Assembly: GCA_041641295.1 (NCBI GenBank)
Contig: JBEPYO010000001.1
Location: 448,001-512,000 of the forward strand
DNA from: Nitrososphaerota archaeon
Lineage (GTDB): Archaea > Thermoproteota > Nitrososphaeria_A > Caldarchaeales > Calditenuaceae
Direction: 5' to 3'
Length of the DNA stretch: 64,000 nucleotides
A program made the position numbers and the translations under genes. The notes below the pieces were generated by a model that saw only the letters and a program-made list of their open reading frames with translations, made no database searches and was not told the origin of the DNA. Numbering within the stretch: the stretch's first letter is position 1; every line of letters begins with the position of its first letter. This document shows positions 1 through 9,385 of the stretch, piece by piece.

Positions 1-1910
1 ATGAGGAAGCCTTCAGCACCCCGCCTCATCCCCCAGGTTCCGGCAATGCCGCAGCAGCCGTAGTCGAATGAAAGCACGTTCAGCCCCACTTTCTTCAGAA
101 GGTCTTCAGAAGGCCTGCCGGGTGATAGGAGTCTCGAGTGGCATGGGTGGTGGTAGAAGACGTAGGTGTTGGATTGTAGGCCGGTGCCCGGCGATAGGGA
201 CTTGGCTTCAGCAGCTATGAAGCTAGTGAGCTCCCAAGTATACTCCGCAACCCGCTGTGAGGCGGCCGTGTCTAGTATCTTTGGATATGCTTCGCGGAGG
301 CAGTAGGCGGCTGTGGGCTCTGAGCAGACAATCCTCGCACCAGACTCTACGTAGCTTTTCAGCTTCTCGACGTTCTTTTCGGCGACCTTTTTAGCCTTTG
401 AGAGGAAGCCATACTGGATGGAAGGCATTCCAGAGCCATACGTTCTCGGGACAGCTACTGTGAACCCTAAAGCCTCTAGGACCCTAACCACCAGTACCCC
501 TATCCCCCAGTCTATATAGGCGGCATACGTGTCTGGGAAGTACACAATGTCGGCGTCTCTCCTGCTGAGATATCTTTCTCCTAGGATTCCGTAGAGGCTG
601 CCTCCCCTGAACCTGTGCATCAGCCTCCGCCTATCTATGCCCAGCAGACCCTCCATGAGCCTTCTAGACACCCTGCTACCCTGGAGCCAGTTGAAGAGAC
701 GTGGCAGGCGCGAGCCCAGCTTGGCGTAAAACTCATAAGTCGTCAGTATTCTCTCCCGTAGAGTTTTTTCCCCAGCTGCATGCTTAATCCAGGATATCGT
801 CATTGGGATGTCTATCTGGACAGGGCAGACGTGTAGGCATAGGCTGCACGAGACACAATACTTTGCTATCACGGATGCGTCTTTGATGCCCTTCGTTATT
901 GCAGTCCATGGAACACCCATCGGGCCCGAGTAAATGTCTCCGAAGACATGGCCACCCAATATGCGGAAAGTGGGGCAGACGTCCAAGCAGGCGGCGCACC
1001 TAATGCATCTGAGCGCATCCTTAAGCCAAGGATCCCTGCTCGCGCCCACGCGCCCATTATCCAAGAGCACGAGGTGGTATTCTGGCACCTTGACATGTCT
1101 CGACATTCCGCGGGGGCCTATAACTGTGATGTAGCTCGTCGCGTCTCTTCCCACAGCGCTTACAGGCAACACCCTCAACACGTTGAAGGCGTCATCCCAA
1201 GTCTCAACTATCTTCTCCACACCAGCAATAGAGACGAGTATTCTAGGCATAGTTGCGACAAGCCTTCCATTCCCCTCGTTAGTTACCAGTACTGCTTGCC
1301 CGGTCTCTGCAACCACAACGTTGGCACCTGTAATACCCATCCCCGCCCTTTTGAAGTCGGCCCAGAGGTCTTGGCGGAAGAATCTCGTTATCGCCTCCGG
1401 CTGTGGCGGAAGGTTAGCCCCCCTTTTCTCACTAACTAGTCTCGCAATCGCATCCCGGCTAAGGTGGACTGCTGGTGCGATGATGTGCGAGGGCCTCTGA
1501 CCGGCCAGCTGGACGATCCTCTCGCCTAGGTCTGTTTCGACGACCTCGATTCCCCGGCTGAGCAGCGCCTCGTTAAGCCCTATCTCCTCAGTCGTCATGG
1601 ACTTAGACTTGATTACGCACTTGACCCCTCTACTCTCGGCTAGACTGACGATGTATCTTCGCGCATCCTCCACCGTCTTGGCGACATAGACGTTTCCCCC
1701 CTCCTTCTTGGCAGACTCGACAGTTAGAGCTATGAGCCTCTCAAGCTCCTTGACCGTCTTCTCCCGCGACTCGAAGAGACCCGCCAGATATCCACGCTCC
1801 AGCCTCCCCATACTATCCCTGCTCCTCAGATGCATAGTTAGCATGCTGCGCCAGCGCGTCTCAATCTCCCACCTCTTCCCCAACGCCTCGAGGACTCTAG
1901 ACTTATTCAT
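1..1910 (-). CDS. lutB: LutB/LldF-like lactate utilisation Fe-S protein fused to a C-terminal CCG-domain region; 3' end lies beyond the window
   Basis: Not in the ORF track because it has no stop in the window. Manual translation from ATG 1910, which overlaps the lutC stop, is open to position 1. It contains KSKSMTTEEIGLN, ETDLGERIVQL, CIRCAACLDVCP, CVSCSLCLHVCP, YHHPCH and GCCGIAG. Confidence 0.85.
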   Translation of the reverse strand, partial: MNKSRVLEALGKRWEIETRWRSMLTMHLRSRDSMGRLERGYLAGLFESREKTVKELERLIALTVESAKKEGGNVYVAKTVEDARRYIVSLAESRGVKCVIKSKSMTTEEIGLNEALLSRGIEVVETDLGERIVQLAGQRPSHIIAPAVHLSRDAIARLVSEKRGANLPPQPEAITRFFRQDLWADFKRAGMGITGANVVVAETGQAVLVTNEGNGRLVATMPRILVSIAGVEKIVETWDDAFNVLRVLPVSAVGRDATSYITVIGPRGMSRHVKVPEYHLVLLDNGRVGASRDPWLKDALRCIRCAACLDVCPTFRILGGHVFGDIYSGPMGVPWTAITKGIKDASVIAKYCVSCSLCLHVCPVQIDIPMTISWIKHAAGEKTLRERILTTYEFYAKLGSRLPRLFNWLQGSRVSRRLMEGLLGIDRRRLMHRFRGGSLYGILGERYLSRRDADIVYFPDTYAAYIDWGIGVLVVRVLEALGFTVAVPRTYGSGMPSIQYGFLSKAKKVAEKNVEKLKSYVESGARIVCSEPTAAYCLREAYPKILDTAASQRVAEYTWELTSFIAAEAKSLSPGTGLQSNTYVFYHHPCHSRLLSPGRPSEDLLKKVGLNVLSFDYGCCGIAGTWGMRRGAEGFL

Positions 1911-2511
1911 CGAGCTCGACCCCCGCCACAATACACCCGCAACCGACTGGGCCGTGTACGCCGATGACGTGTGTCAGCTCGATGTCTGAGGTGCTGCTGG
2001 GACCCGATATTATGGCTACTCCGCCGGGCCTAGACTGCCGAATTAGGCTCGCAAGATCACGGTAGTTTTGGAGGATTTCACTCTCCTCCAAGAGAGCGAC
2101 GGAGTACTCAGGTACTAGTGATGCGAGGTTCGACGCCCAGTCGTCGAATATTACGACGCCACCAGTCTCCAAGATTCCAGCCTTGGCGCGGAAGACCCCT
2201 AGCGAATTGTTTCTATACTCTTCAATCTCCATCTCCACCCTATCTATCTCCAAAACCGTGTAGCCGCCCCTTCCCGCAAGCCCTGAGCGTATCCTTAACG
2301 CCAGCCCTTTAGAAAGCCCTCCCATGACAATTCTTCTCACACCCCAGCTAGAGGCCCAGTCGGCCAACACGTCTACGAGAGCATCCACGCTATGGACGTG
2401 TACAACCTGAAACCCATTATTTCTACACCTCTCCAGAAACCCCTCCACCTCGAGTCTCGCTCCACGCTTAGCTAACTTTGCTTCACGCTGCGAGTTGTTT
2501 CTCTCCGCCAA
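1903..2511 (-). CDS. lutC: LutC/LldG LUD-domain protein
   Basis: Motifs ETGGVV and ISGPSSTSDIELTHVIGVHGP. Start moved from 2583 to TTG 2511, downstream of the shared TATA-like element near 2537-2544; start uncertain. Confidence 0.8.
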   Translation of the reverse strand: MAERNNSQREAKLAKRGARLEVEGFLERCRNNGFQVVHVHSVDALVDVLADWASSWGVRRIVMGGLSKGLALRIRSGLAGRGGYTVLEIDRVEMEIEEYRNNSLGVFRAKAGILETGGVVIFDDWASNLASLVPEYSVALLEESEILQNYRDLASLIRQSRPGGVAIISGPSSTSDIELTHVIGVHGPVGCGCIVAGVELDE

Positions 2512-2569
2512 CTGTTGCGGACTTGTCTTGGAAAGGATATATACCCTCCTCGCACTCAGTATACTTGCT

Positions 2570-3532
2570 ATGAAGTTAGGCATTTTTACTGTCCTATATA
2601 ATGAGGAGCCCCTCGAAAAGGTGTTGCGGTATGTCTCGGGCCTGGGTTATGAGGCTGTTGAACTTGCCGCCTGGCGCGGGAGCAATCACCTAAACATTGA
2701 TAAGGTGTTGAATGGTGGTGCGCAGGAGGTTAAGAGGCTTGTGGAAAAATATAACATGACAATCTCGGGCATCTCCAACCACTTGGAGGGGCAGCTGATA
2801 CTGGGGCCCCACGATTCCTCGACTGACGCCTTCTTCAAGGGCTCGCCAGAGGAGAAGATCAAGTATGGCATTGAGAGGATGAAGAAGACCGCGGAGGCTG
2901 CAAAGCTGCTGGATGTCAGTGTTGTGAACGGGTTTATAGGTTGTCCGAACTGGGGCGCATGGTATATCTTCCCAGCAGAGTATGAGAGGATCTACGAGAG
3001 CTACTTCACCCTATTCGCGGAGCGCTGGGGAGAGGTCCTAGACCATTTCGCAGCTAATGGGGTCAAGTTCGCCCACGAGGTCCATCCCCAGGAGGTCGTC
3101 TACAACATCGAGACGGCCGAGCAGGCGATAAAGGTGTTAAACGGTAAGAGAGAGTTTGGATTCAATTTTGACCCAAGCCATCTCGTCTGGCAGCTTATAG
3201 ATCCTGTGGTCTTCATCAAGAGGCTGGGTGACAGGATATACCATAGCCACGCGAAGGATGGAGAGCTTGTGAAGGAGAACCTCCCGGTCTCCGGCTCCAT
3301 CCCTACAGGGTCTTGGACAAGGCCGACCAGGGGCTTCCGCTTCAGGATACCCGGCTGGGGCGACGTCCCGTGGAAGAGGGTGATAACAGCCCTAGCTGAA
3401 GTGGGCTACGACCACGTCTTGAGCTATGAGCATGAAGACCCAGTGATGAGTAGGGAGGACGGTGTTGAGAAGACCGCGGCCTTCCTAAAACCACTACTCA
3501 TCAAGAAGCGGCTGGAGAAGGTCTGGTGGTAG
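2570..3532 (+). CDS. Sugar phosphate isomerase/epimerase (xylose-isomerase-like TIM barrel, IolE/AP endonuclease 2 family)
   Basis: MKLGIFT start at ATG 2570; metal-ligand motifs HEVHP, NFDPSHL, HSHAKD, SYEHED. Confidence 0.85.
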   Translation: MKLGIFTVLYNEEPLEKVLRYVSGLGYEAVELAAWRGSNHLNIDKVLNGGAQEVKRLVEKYNMTISGISNHLEGQLILGPHDSSTDAFFKGSPEEKIKYGIERMKKTAEAAKLLDVSVVNGFIGCPNWGAWYIFPAEYERIYESYFTLFAERWGEVLDHFAANGVKFAHEVHPQEVVYNIETAEQAIKVLNGKREFGFNFDPSHLVWQLIDPVVFIKRLGDRIYHSHAKDGELVKENLPVSGSIPTGSWTRPTRGFRFRIPGWGDVPWKRVITALAEVGYDHVLSYEHEDPVMSREDGVEKTAAFLKPLLIKKRLEKVWW

Positions 3533-3550
3533 TCGGGAGGGTGGTTAGGG

Positions 3551-4690
3551 ATGGTCAGGGAGATAGGCGTAGGCATGCTGGGCTACGCCTTCATGGGCAA
3601 GGCTCACAGCAACGCCTTCATCAAGATGCCGAGGATGATGCAACAAGTCCCCGCCCTCCCCAAGCTCGTAGCAATATATGGACGGACTGAGCAGCAGGTG
3701 AAGGCAGCGGCTGAACGATTCGGATACAAGCGATACTACACCGACTGGCACAAGCTAGTACAGGACGCTGAAGTCGAGCTCGTTGACAACGGACTCCCAA
3801 ACAACCTGCACAAAGACCCATGCATAGAAGCTGCCGAACGCGGCAAGCACATCCTCTGCGAAAAACCACTGGCCATGAATGCGAAGGAGGCTGAGGAGAT
3901 GTACCGGGCGGTGGAGAAGGCGGGCGTCAAACACATGGTAGCCTTCAACTACAGGTTCGTCCCCGCAATCGTGCTCGCTAAACGCCTGATCGAGAGGGGC
4001 GTGATAGGTAAGGTCCTACAGTTCCGGGGAGCCTACCTCCAAGACTGGATAATGGACCCGTCATTCCCCCTAGTCTGGAGGCTTAGACGAGAGGTGGCTG
4101 GCAGCGGCGCGCTCGGCGACCTCGGCTCCCACGTGTTTGACTTGGCGCGCTATCTGGTGGGTGAGGTTGAGGCGGTTATGGGGCTGACCAAGACCTTCAT
4201 TGAAGAGAGACCACTCCCCGAGAATCCCTCGCAAAAGGGCAGGGTTACTGTGGACGACGCCTTCATATCCCTCGTCAAGTTCAAGAATGGCGCTATCGGT
4301 TCTGTGGAGGCGACCCGGTTCGGGGCAGGCTGCAAGAACCTCCTAAGGGTTGAGATCCACGGCTCGGAGGGGACGCTCGTATTCAACTTGGAGAGGCTCA
4401 ACGAGCTTGAGCTGTTCGAGAGGAGGGGTGATGCCGAGACGCAGGGGTACCGGAGAATACTTGTCACAGAGCCCGCCCACCCCTACATCGCCAACTGGTG
4501 GCCCCCGGGACACATAATTGGCTGGGAGCACACCTTCGTCCACGAAATACACCACTTCCTCGACTGCATAGTGAATGATAAGCCAGTCGCACCGATGGGC
4601 GCCACATTCCTCGACGGTCTCAAGAACAATCAGATACTAGACGCTGTCTTGAGGTCTGCGGAGACTGGGCGCTGGGAGCAGATACCCTAA
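3551..4690 (+). CDS. Gfo/Idh/MocA family NAD-dependent oxidoreductase (levoglucosan/glycoside 3-dehydrogenase-like)
   Basis: GYAFMGKAH, CEKPLA, AFNYRFVPA, GALGDLGSH, WWPPGHIIGWEH. Confidence 0.88.
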   Translation: MVREIGVGMLGYAFMGKAHSNAFIKMPRMMQQVPALPKLVAIYGRTEQQVKAAAERFGYKRYYTDWHKLVQDAEVELVDNGLPNNLHKDPCIEAAERGKHILCEKPLAMNAKEAEEMYRAVEKAGVKHMVAFNYRFVPAIVLAKRLIERGVIGKVLQFRGAYLQDWIMDPSFPLVWRLRREVAGSGALGDLGSHVFDLARYLVGEVEAVMGLTKTFIEERPLPENPSQKGRVTVDDAFISLVKFKNGAIGSVEATRFGAGCKNLLRVEIHGSEGTLVFNLERLNELELFERRGDAETQGYRRILVTEPAHPYIANWWPPGHIIGWEHTFVHEIHHFLDCIVNDKPVAPMGATFLDGLKNNQILDAVLRSAETGRWEQIP

Positions 4691-4703
4691 AAGCGTTTAT
4701 CTA

Positions 4704-5405
4704 TTATCTGTCCTGATAGGATAGGCCTAGCGCGCTTCGGAGGAGTTGCTGGCTCTCCGCCAAGCGGTCACGCCCAATGATCGCTTTTATCTCTCCCGCC
4801 TCCATAAGTGCTAGCTTGTCTGCTAGCTCGAAGACTAGGGCCGGATTCTGTTCTGCAATTATGGCTGACGCGCCCTGACTGGTGAGTTGCTTAACAGCCT
4901 CTACCATCCGCCGGATTATAGGTGGAGCAAGCCCTGTGGCAGGCTCATCCATCACCAAGAGCTTTGGCCTGGAGGCTATGGCTCGCGCTACCGCAAGTAT
5001 CTGCTGTTCACCACCGCTGAGCTTGCCTCCCTTCCTATCTCTGAGGGGCTCTAGCTCGGGGAATAGCTTGAAGGCCTCTTTCAAGATCTCTCCGTTTAAT
5101 CCCTCCGCTATCCGGAGATTCTCCTCGACGGTCAGCCTAGCGAATACCCCCCTGTCTTGGGGGACATATCCCACACCCATCCGCGCTATCGCGTGGGGGC
5201 TCCAGCCCGTGACATCATGGCCGTCTATCACTACCCTTCCGCTCATAGGTCTTATGTGTCCTACGACCGTCTTCAGCAGTGTCGTCTTACCAACCCCGTT
5301 TCTACCCATAACAAACAGCACCTCACCCTTCTCTACCTTGAGGGAGATGCCTCTCACAATCTTGAGCCCGTAGTATCCTGACACCAGTCCACTTATCTCC
5401 AGCAT
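4704..5405 (-). CDS. Branched-chain-amino-acid-type ABC transporter ATP-binding subunit (LivF-like)
   Basis: GRNGVGKT, LSGGEQQ, MDEP. Confidence 0.9.
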   Translation of the reverse strand: MLEISGLVSGYYGLKIVRGISLKVEKGEVLFVMGRNGVGKTTLLKTVVGHIRPMSGRVVIDGHDVTGWSPHAIARMGVGYVPQDRGVFARLTVEENLRIAEGLNGEILKEAFKLFPELEPLRDRKGGKLSGGEQQILAVARAIASRPKLLVMDEPATGLAPPIIRRMVEAVKQLTSQGASAIIAEQNPALVFELADKLALMEAGEIKAIIGRDRLAESQQLLRSALGLSYQDR

Positions 5406-6121
5406 CAGGACCCCCCTCTCAGATACACCTCTTCAATCTTCTCAGTAACCCAACTGTCCCTTGCGTTGCCAAGCGCCACAATCCTTCCACGACTCATGAT
5501 AGCGATCCTCGATGAGAGCGAGACCACGAAATCGACTCTATGGTCGATGATGATTATCGCCAGCCTCTCCGCCAAGCCTCTAAGGATCTCTACGAGGGTG
5601 TGCACCTCTAGACCGGTTAGGCCTTGGGTAGGCTCATCCATCACCAGCAACCGCGGCCGCGAGATGAGGGCCATGCTTATCTCTAATAGCCTTATTTGGC
5701 CGTGAGAGAGTTGGGAGGCTTTAAGTTCCAATACTGGTTGGAGGCCTAGTAAGTCCGCCGTTTCGATTATCCGCTGCCTAACGTCCTTGCCGGAGGTGTG
5801 GAGGGCGGCTAGTTCGAGGTTCTCGTAGACTGTGAGCGAGGGGAAGGACCGCGGTATTTGGTGGGTGTTGGCTATTCCTAGGCGGGCTCTTTTCCTCACG
5901 GGGAGACCGGTAATCTCTCTGCCTAGGAAGAATATTCTGCCGCTGTCGGGCTTGAGGGAGCCTACAATGACACCGGCTAAGGTGGATTTGCCCGCACCGT
6001 TTGGACCTATTATTCCGAGGATCCCTGTATCACCTACCTCGAGGGAGACCCCCGCCAGGGCCTGGACACCGTCAAAGGACTTTGAGATATCTTGGAGTGA
6101 GAGTAGGGGTCTAGGCTGCAC
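5405..6121 (-). CDS. ABC transporter ATP-binding subunit (LivG-like)
   Basis: GPNGAGKS, LSHGQ, MDEP. Confidence 0.9.
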   Translation of the reverse strand: MQPRPLLSLQDISKSFDGVQALAGVSLEVGDTGILGIIGPNGAGKSTLAGVIVGSLKPDSGRIFFLGREITGLPVRKRARLGIANTHQIPRSFPSLTVYENLELAALHTSGKDVRQRIIETADLLGLQPVLELKASQLSHGQIRLLEISMALISRPRLLVMDEPTQGLTGLEVHTLVEILRGLAERLAIIIIDHRVDFVVSLSSRIAIMSRGRIVALGNARDSWVTEKIEEVYLRGGS

Positions 6122-7070
6122 GGCTCCTCCACCTTCCCAGTATTTGGTAGGCCCACCGCAGCCTCCCTGTCGCGAGGGCGAAGGCTACAAGCCCGGCCCC
6201 AACAACCAGCACATGCCCCCTCAGGAGGCCTCGCGCAGTGTCCGCCAACAGGTTCACCAAGAGGCTTCCGAGAAAAGGCCCGAACTCCACGTAGGGGCCG
6301 CCCACGAGCACCCATAGGACAGGCTCCACGGAGTTGAGGACTCCAGCATATCCAGCCCCGACATAGCTGTATAGGAGTGCTAGGAGGGAGCCTGAGGCAC
6401 CGGATAGGGCGCCAGAGATCGAGAAGGCTAGGAGTTTGAGGATGGAGGTGTTGTAGCCGAGGCTCTCCAGCTTCTCCTCGTCATCTCTAACAGCCAGCAA
6501 CATGCGGCCCAGGCGTGAGGAGGAGAGGATGGTTATACCTGCTACCACGACAGTTAGTGCAATTAGTGAGACCATGTAGCGGGCGTCCAGCTCGGAGAGT
6601 AAGGGTTTGAGGGCTCCTGTGATGGTGGCCTCGCCTCTCAGGACCAGCCCCTGCTCACCCCCAGTTATCTCGTTAAAGTGCAGTGCGACTAGGTAGAGCG
6701 CCTGTGACGCGAGAAGGGTCCCTATCATCAGGTAGGCTCCGCCGACACGCATAGCGAGTACGCCCAAAAGCATGGAGAGGAGCACCGAGGATGCGACACC
6801 AACAGCCAGTGCCACGAAGGGGTCTGGCGAGATGTAGTAGGCGTAGAGGCCAGCGCCGTACATGCCGGCTGCGAATAGAGCCGCATGCCCCAGACTCATG
6901 ATGCCAACCATCTGGAAACACACGGCATAGCCGTAGGAGTAGATGGACAGTATCATGATTCGGGCTACCAAGGCTTTTTGATACTCTGGAAGGAATGGGT
7001 AGGCTACTGCTAGGATTATCGGGATTGTGAGCGATGCTATAATTGTGGGCCGCGGCCTCAATACCTCCAC
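6111..7070 (-). CDS. ABC transporter permease (LivM-like)
   Basis: Multi-TM protein; SLGHAALF, TGGEQG. Confidence 0.88.
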   Translation of the reverse strand: MEVLRPRPTIIASLTIPIILAVAYPFLPEYQKALVARIMILSIYSYGYAVCFQMVGIMSLGHAALFAAGMYGAGLYAYYISPDPFVALAVGVASSVLLSMLLGVLAMRVGGAYLMIGTLLASQALYLVALHFNEITGGEQGLVLRGEATITGALKPLLSELDARYMVSLIALTVVVAGITILSSSRLGRMLLAVRDDEEKLESLGYNTSILKLLAFSISGALSGASGSLLALLYSYVGAGYAGVLNSVEPVLWVLVGGPYVEFGPFLGSLLVNLLADTARGLLRGHVLVVGAGLVAFALATGRLRWAYQILGRWRSRAA

Positions 7071-7927
7071 ACCCCCCTAATCGAGCCGAGCCTCCTAGCT
7101 ACGACGTATATCAGGGCCAGAGTCAGTGTAAGGACCCTTGCCACTGTAGGCGCGAGGAAGAGGGCAGCGAGACTCTCTAGCAGGCCCAGCCCAACACCTG
7201 CCGCAATAGTCCCGCCAATCCTACCCACACCCCCCAAAACCACAACAACAAACGACACGGCAAGGGCGTCAAACCCCATGAGGAAGTGTATCTGCCTGAA
7301 GGGTGAGGTTAGAGCACCGGCAAACCCCACTAATGAGCCGGCCAGGGCGAAGCCAATCAAAAACACCTTGCTAGTGTCTATGCCTAGAGACTCTGCCATC
7401 AGCCTGTTCTCCTGAGCAGCCCGCAGAAGGGGGCCAATCCTACTCCGCTCAACACCAAGCCAGACGAGGAGACAGGCCATAAGCGAGAATAGGCCTGCGA
7501 AGAGCTTGAAGCCCGAGTAGCTGAAGCCAGAAAACTCTATGATGGGGTTAAAGGGGGGTGAGATCGAGCGCGGAGCAGGCCCCAGTATGGCTAAGCCCAG
7601 TTGCTGAAGGATGAGGAGGAGTCCAAAGGTTGCGAGAACCGTTTGGCCGGGCTCATGCCCAAACCTCTGGAGAATGAACATGTTTATAGCAACGGCCAGC
7701 CCCCCGACAAGAAGGGGGGCCGCGACCAAAGCAGAGGCATATGGGAGAGCAGCCTGTACCATGAGCCAGCTTATCATCGCACCGAGCATGTATAGCTCGC
7801 CATGGGTCAGATTCACGACATTCATTATACCGAAGACGATAGCAAGTCCGAGGGCTATGAACGCCATAACTGAGCCGTTGACTAGGCCATCAACTACCGC
7901 CAGCCCCAGATGCTCTAGAGGGAGCAA
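7058..7927 (-). CDS. ABC transporter permease (LivH-like)
   Basis: GLAIVFGIMNVVNLTHGELY, VVVLGGVG. Confidence 0.88.
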   Translation of the reverse strand: MLPLEHLGLAVVDGLVNGSVMAFIALGLAIVFGIMNVVNLTHGELYMLGAMISWLMVQAALPYASALVAAPLLVGGLAVAINMFILQRFGHEPGQTVLATFGLLLILQQLGLAILGPAPRSISPPFNPIIEFSGFSYSGFKLFAGLFSLMACLLVWLGVERSRIGPLLRAAQENRLMAESLGIDTSKVFLIGFALAGSLVGFAGALTSPFRQIHFLMGFDALAVSFVVVVLGGVGRIGGTIAAGVGLGLLESLAALFLAPTVARVLTLTLALIYVVARRLGSIRGVWRY

Positions 7928-7929
7928 TT

Positions 7930-9246
7930 CTAGAACAACGGCTGCTTAGTATAATCGTTCGGATGCTCGTAGAATGAATCTTCTATCTCAGTCCTGTGGA
8001 CAACCACTAGTCTGCCATTTCTCACAACCGATATGAACTGATGCCCAAATGACTGGTGTAGTTTGCCGTTGAAACGCTTGTCTCCTTGTGGGTGCCACAG
8101 ACCCTCATTGAACCAATCCATAGACTCGAGCGTCTTGATAAAGGCCTCATAGTCGCTGCGAGTCGGCTCGCTGTAGCCGCTCTGCTCCACAGCCTCCTTA
8201 ATTACGAAGAGGGTCTCCCAGACCCCAAACATGTGGCTAAATGCGGAGACTCGAGAAGGATCTGACTTGTCGGCGCCACTTTCGTCAACACCAACCGACT
8301 CCCTATAGAACCTTGCATAGGGGGTGTCGTAGCCGTCAGCATACCTTGGAAAAGCCTCCCAGAAATAAGTCCCCTCAAGATACTCCAACCCTGGAGCGGA
8401 GAGTGGAACAGCCTCAATGCTGTCTATAAATCCGAACAACTCAGGCCTATCACGCCCAAGATAGACCCCAAGCTCCCTGATAAAAGTAAGCACGTCGCCA
8501 ACCATCACATGGTAAAGCACATCAATATCTCTCGGAATCCGGGTGAAGTATTTCGTAAAGCTGGTCTCACCCGGCGGGATGGGAATCTTCTCAACAATCC
8601 TCGCACCATACCTCTCCGCCGCCTTGGTGAGGGCATCCCTATGATCATGCCCAAACGCATAGTCAGGGTAGATCATCGCGACCCTCTTCCCCAGGTTCTC
8701 GAAGATCCACTTAGCCACGGCAGTCACTTGGCCAGGGACATCTGTTATTCCTGGCTGGAAGCACCACCTATTCAGCTTGCCGAAAGGTACATGGGTTCCC
8801 TCACTGACTGCGAAGTAGGGTCTCTTAAGCTCGCCAGCCCTAGGGCCGGATGCAAGCACCACGTCCGAGAAGAGGGCCCCGAGGATGAAGTCTACATTGT
8901 GGGCTAGCACAAGCCTCTCGACGACCTGCGCACCCTTGGCGGGACTTGTCTCGTCATCCTCAGCTATGAGTTCAACTGGCCGCCCAGCTATCCCGCCGAT
9001 CTTGTTTATGTAGGAGACAGCGGCGTTGGCCACCCTCTCATACCAGAAACCGTATGGTGCCCCGATCCCAGTTCTGTGTACTTGGAACCCGATCTTGATG
9101 GGTTTCACACCTGGTTCGCGTCCCTGTGGAGGCTGCGCTCCGATTGAGCTGCCTGACAAGTATCCGGCAACAGCCCCTAGACCTGCCGCACCAGCGGCGA
9201 TAATACCGGTCTTTAATAGACTTGAGAGAGCCCGCCGTCGATCCAT
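7930..9246 (-). CDS. ABC transporter substrate-binding protein (LivK-like fold) with a twin-arginine-type signal
   Basis: MDRRRAL followed by a hydrophobic helix; GGIAGRPVEL, PDYAFG; first gene of the liv-type operon. Confidence 0.85.
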   Translation of the reverse strand: MDRRRALSSLLKTGIIAAGAAGLGAVAGYLSGSSIGAQPPQGREPGVKPIKIGFQVHRTGIGAPYGFWYERVANAAVSYINKIGGIAGRPVELIAEDDETSPAKGAQVVERLVLAHNVDFILGALFSDVVLASGPRAGELKRPYFAVSEGTHVPFGKLNRWCFQPGITDVPGQVTAVAKWIFENLGKRVAMIYPDYAFGHDHRDALTKAAERYGARIVEKIPIPPGETSFTKYFTRIPRDIDVLYHVMVGDVLTFIRELGVYLGRDRPELFGFIDSIEAVPLSAPGLEYLEGTYFWEAFPRYADGYDTPYARFYRESVGVDESGADKSDPSRVSAFSHMFGVWETLFVIKEAVEQSGYSEPTRSDYEAFIKTLESMDWFNEGLWHPQGDKRFNGKLHQSFGHQFISVVRNGRLVVVHRTEIEDSFYEHPNDYTKQPLF

Positions 9247-9385
9247 TTCCAGCGAAGTAGGTTATAGCCCCTCGTTTTATAGCTAACGAAACTGGCAAAA
9301 AATGATTCAAAACATCGCTCAGCTGTAATATTGCCGGAATGCCCAAAATTGATAAGCCTCCCTAAGAATATAATGTCAGGACGAC

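Noticed and set aside
1-1910. Apparent gene-free or pseudogene region with only short ORFs in the track
   Set aside because: A single open minus-strand frame (lutB) spans it; the short ORFs are shadows
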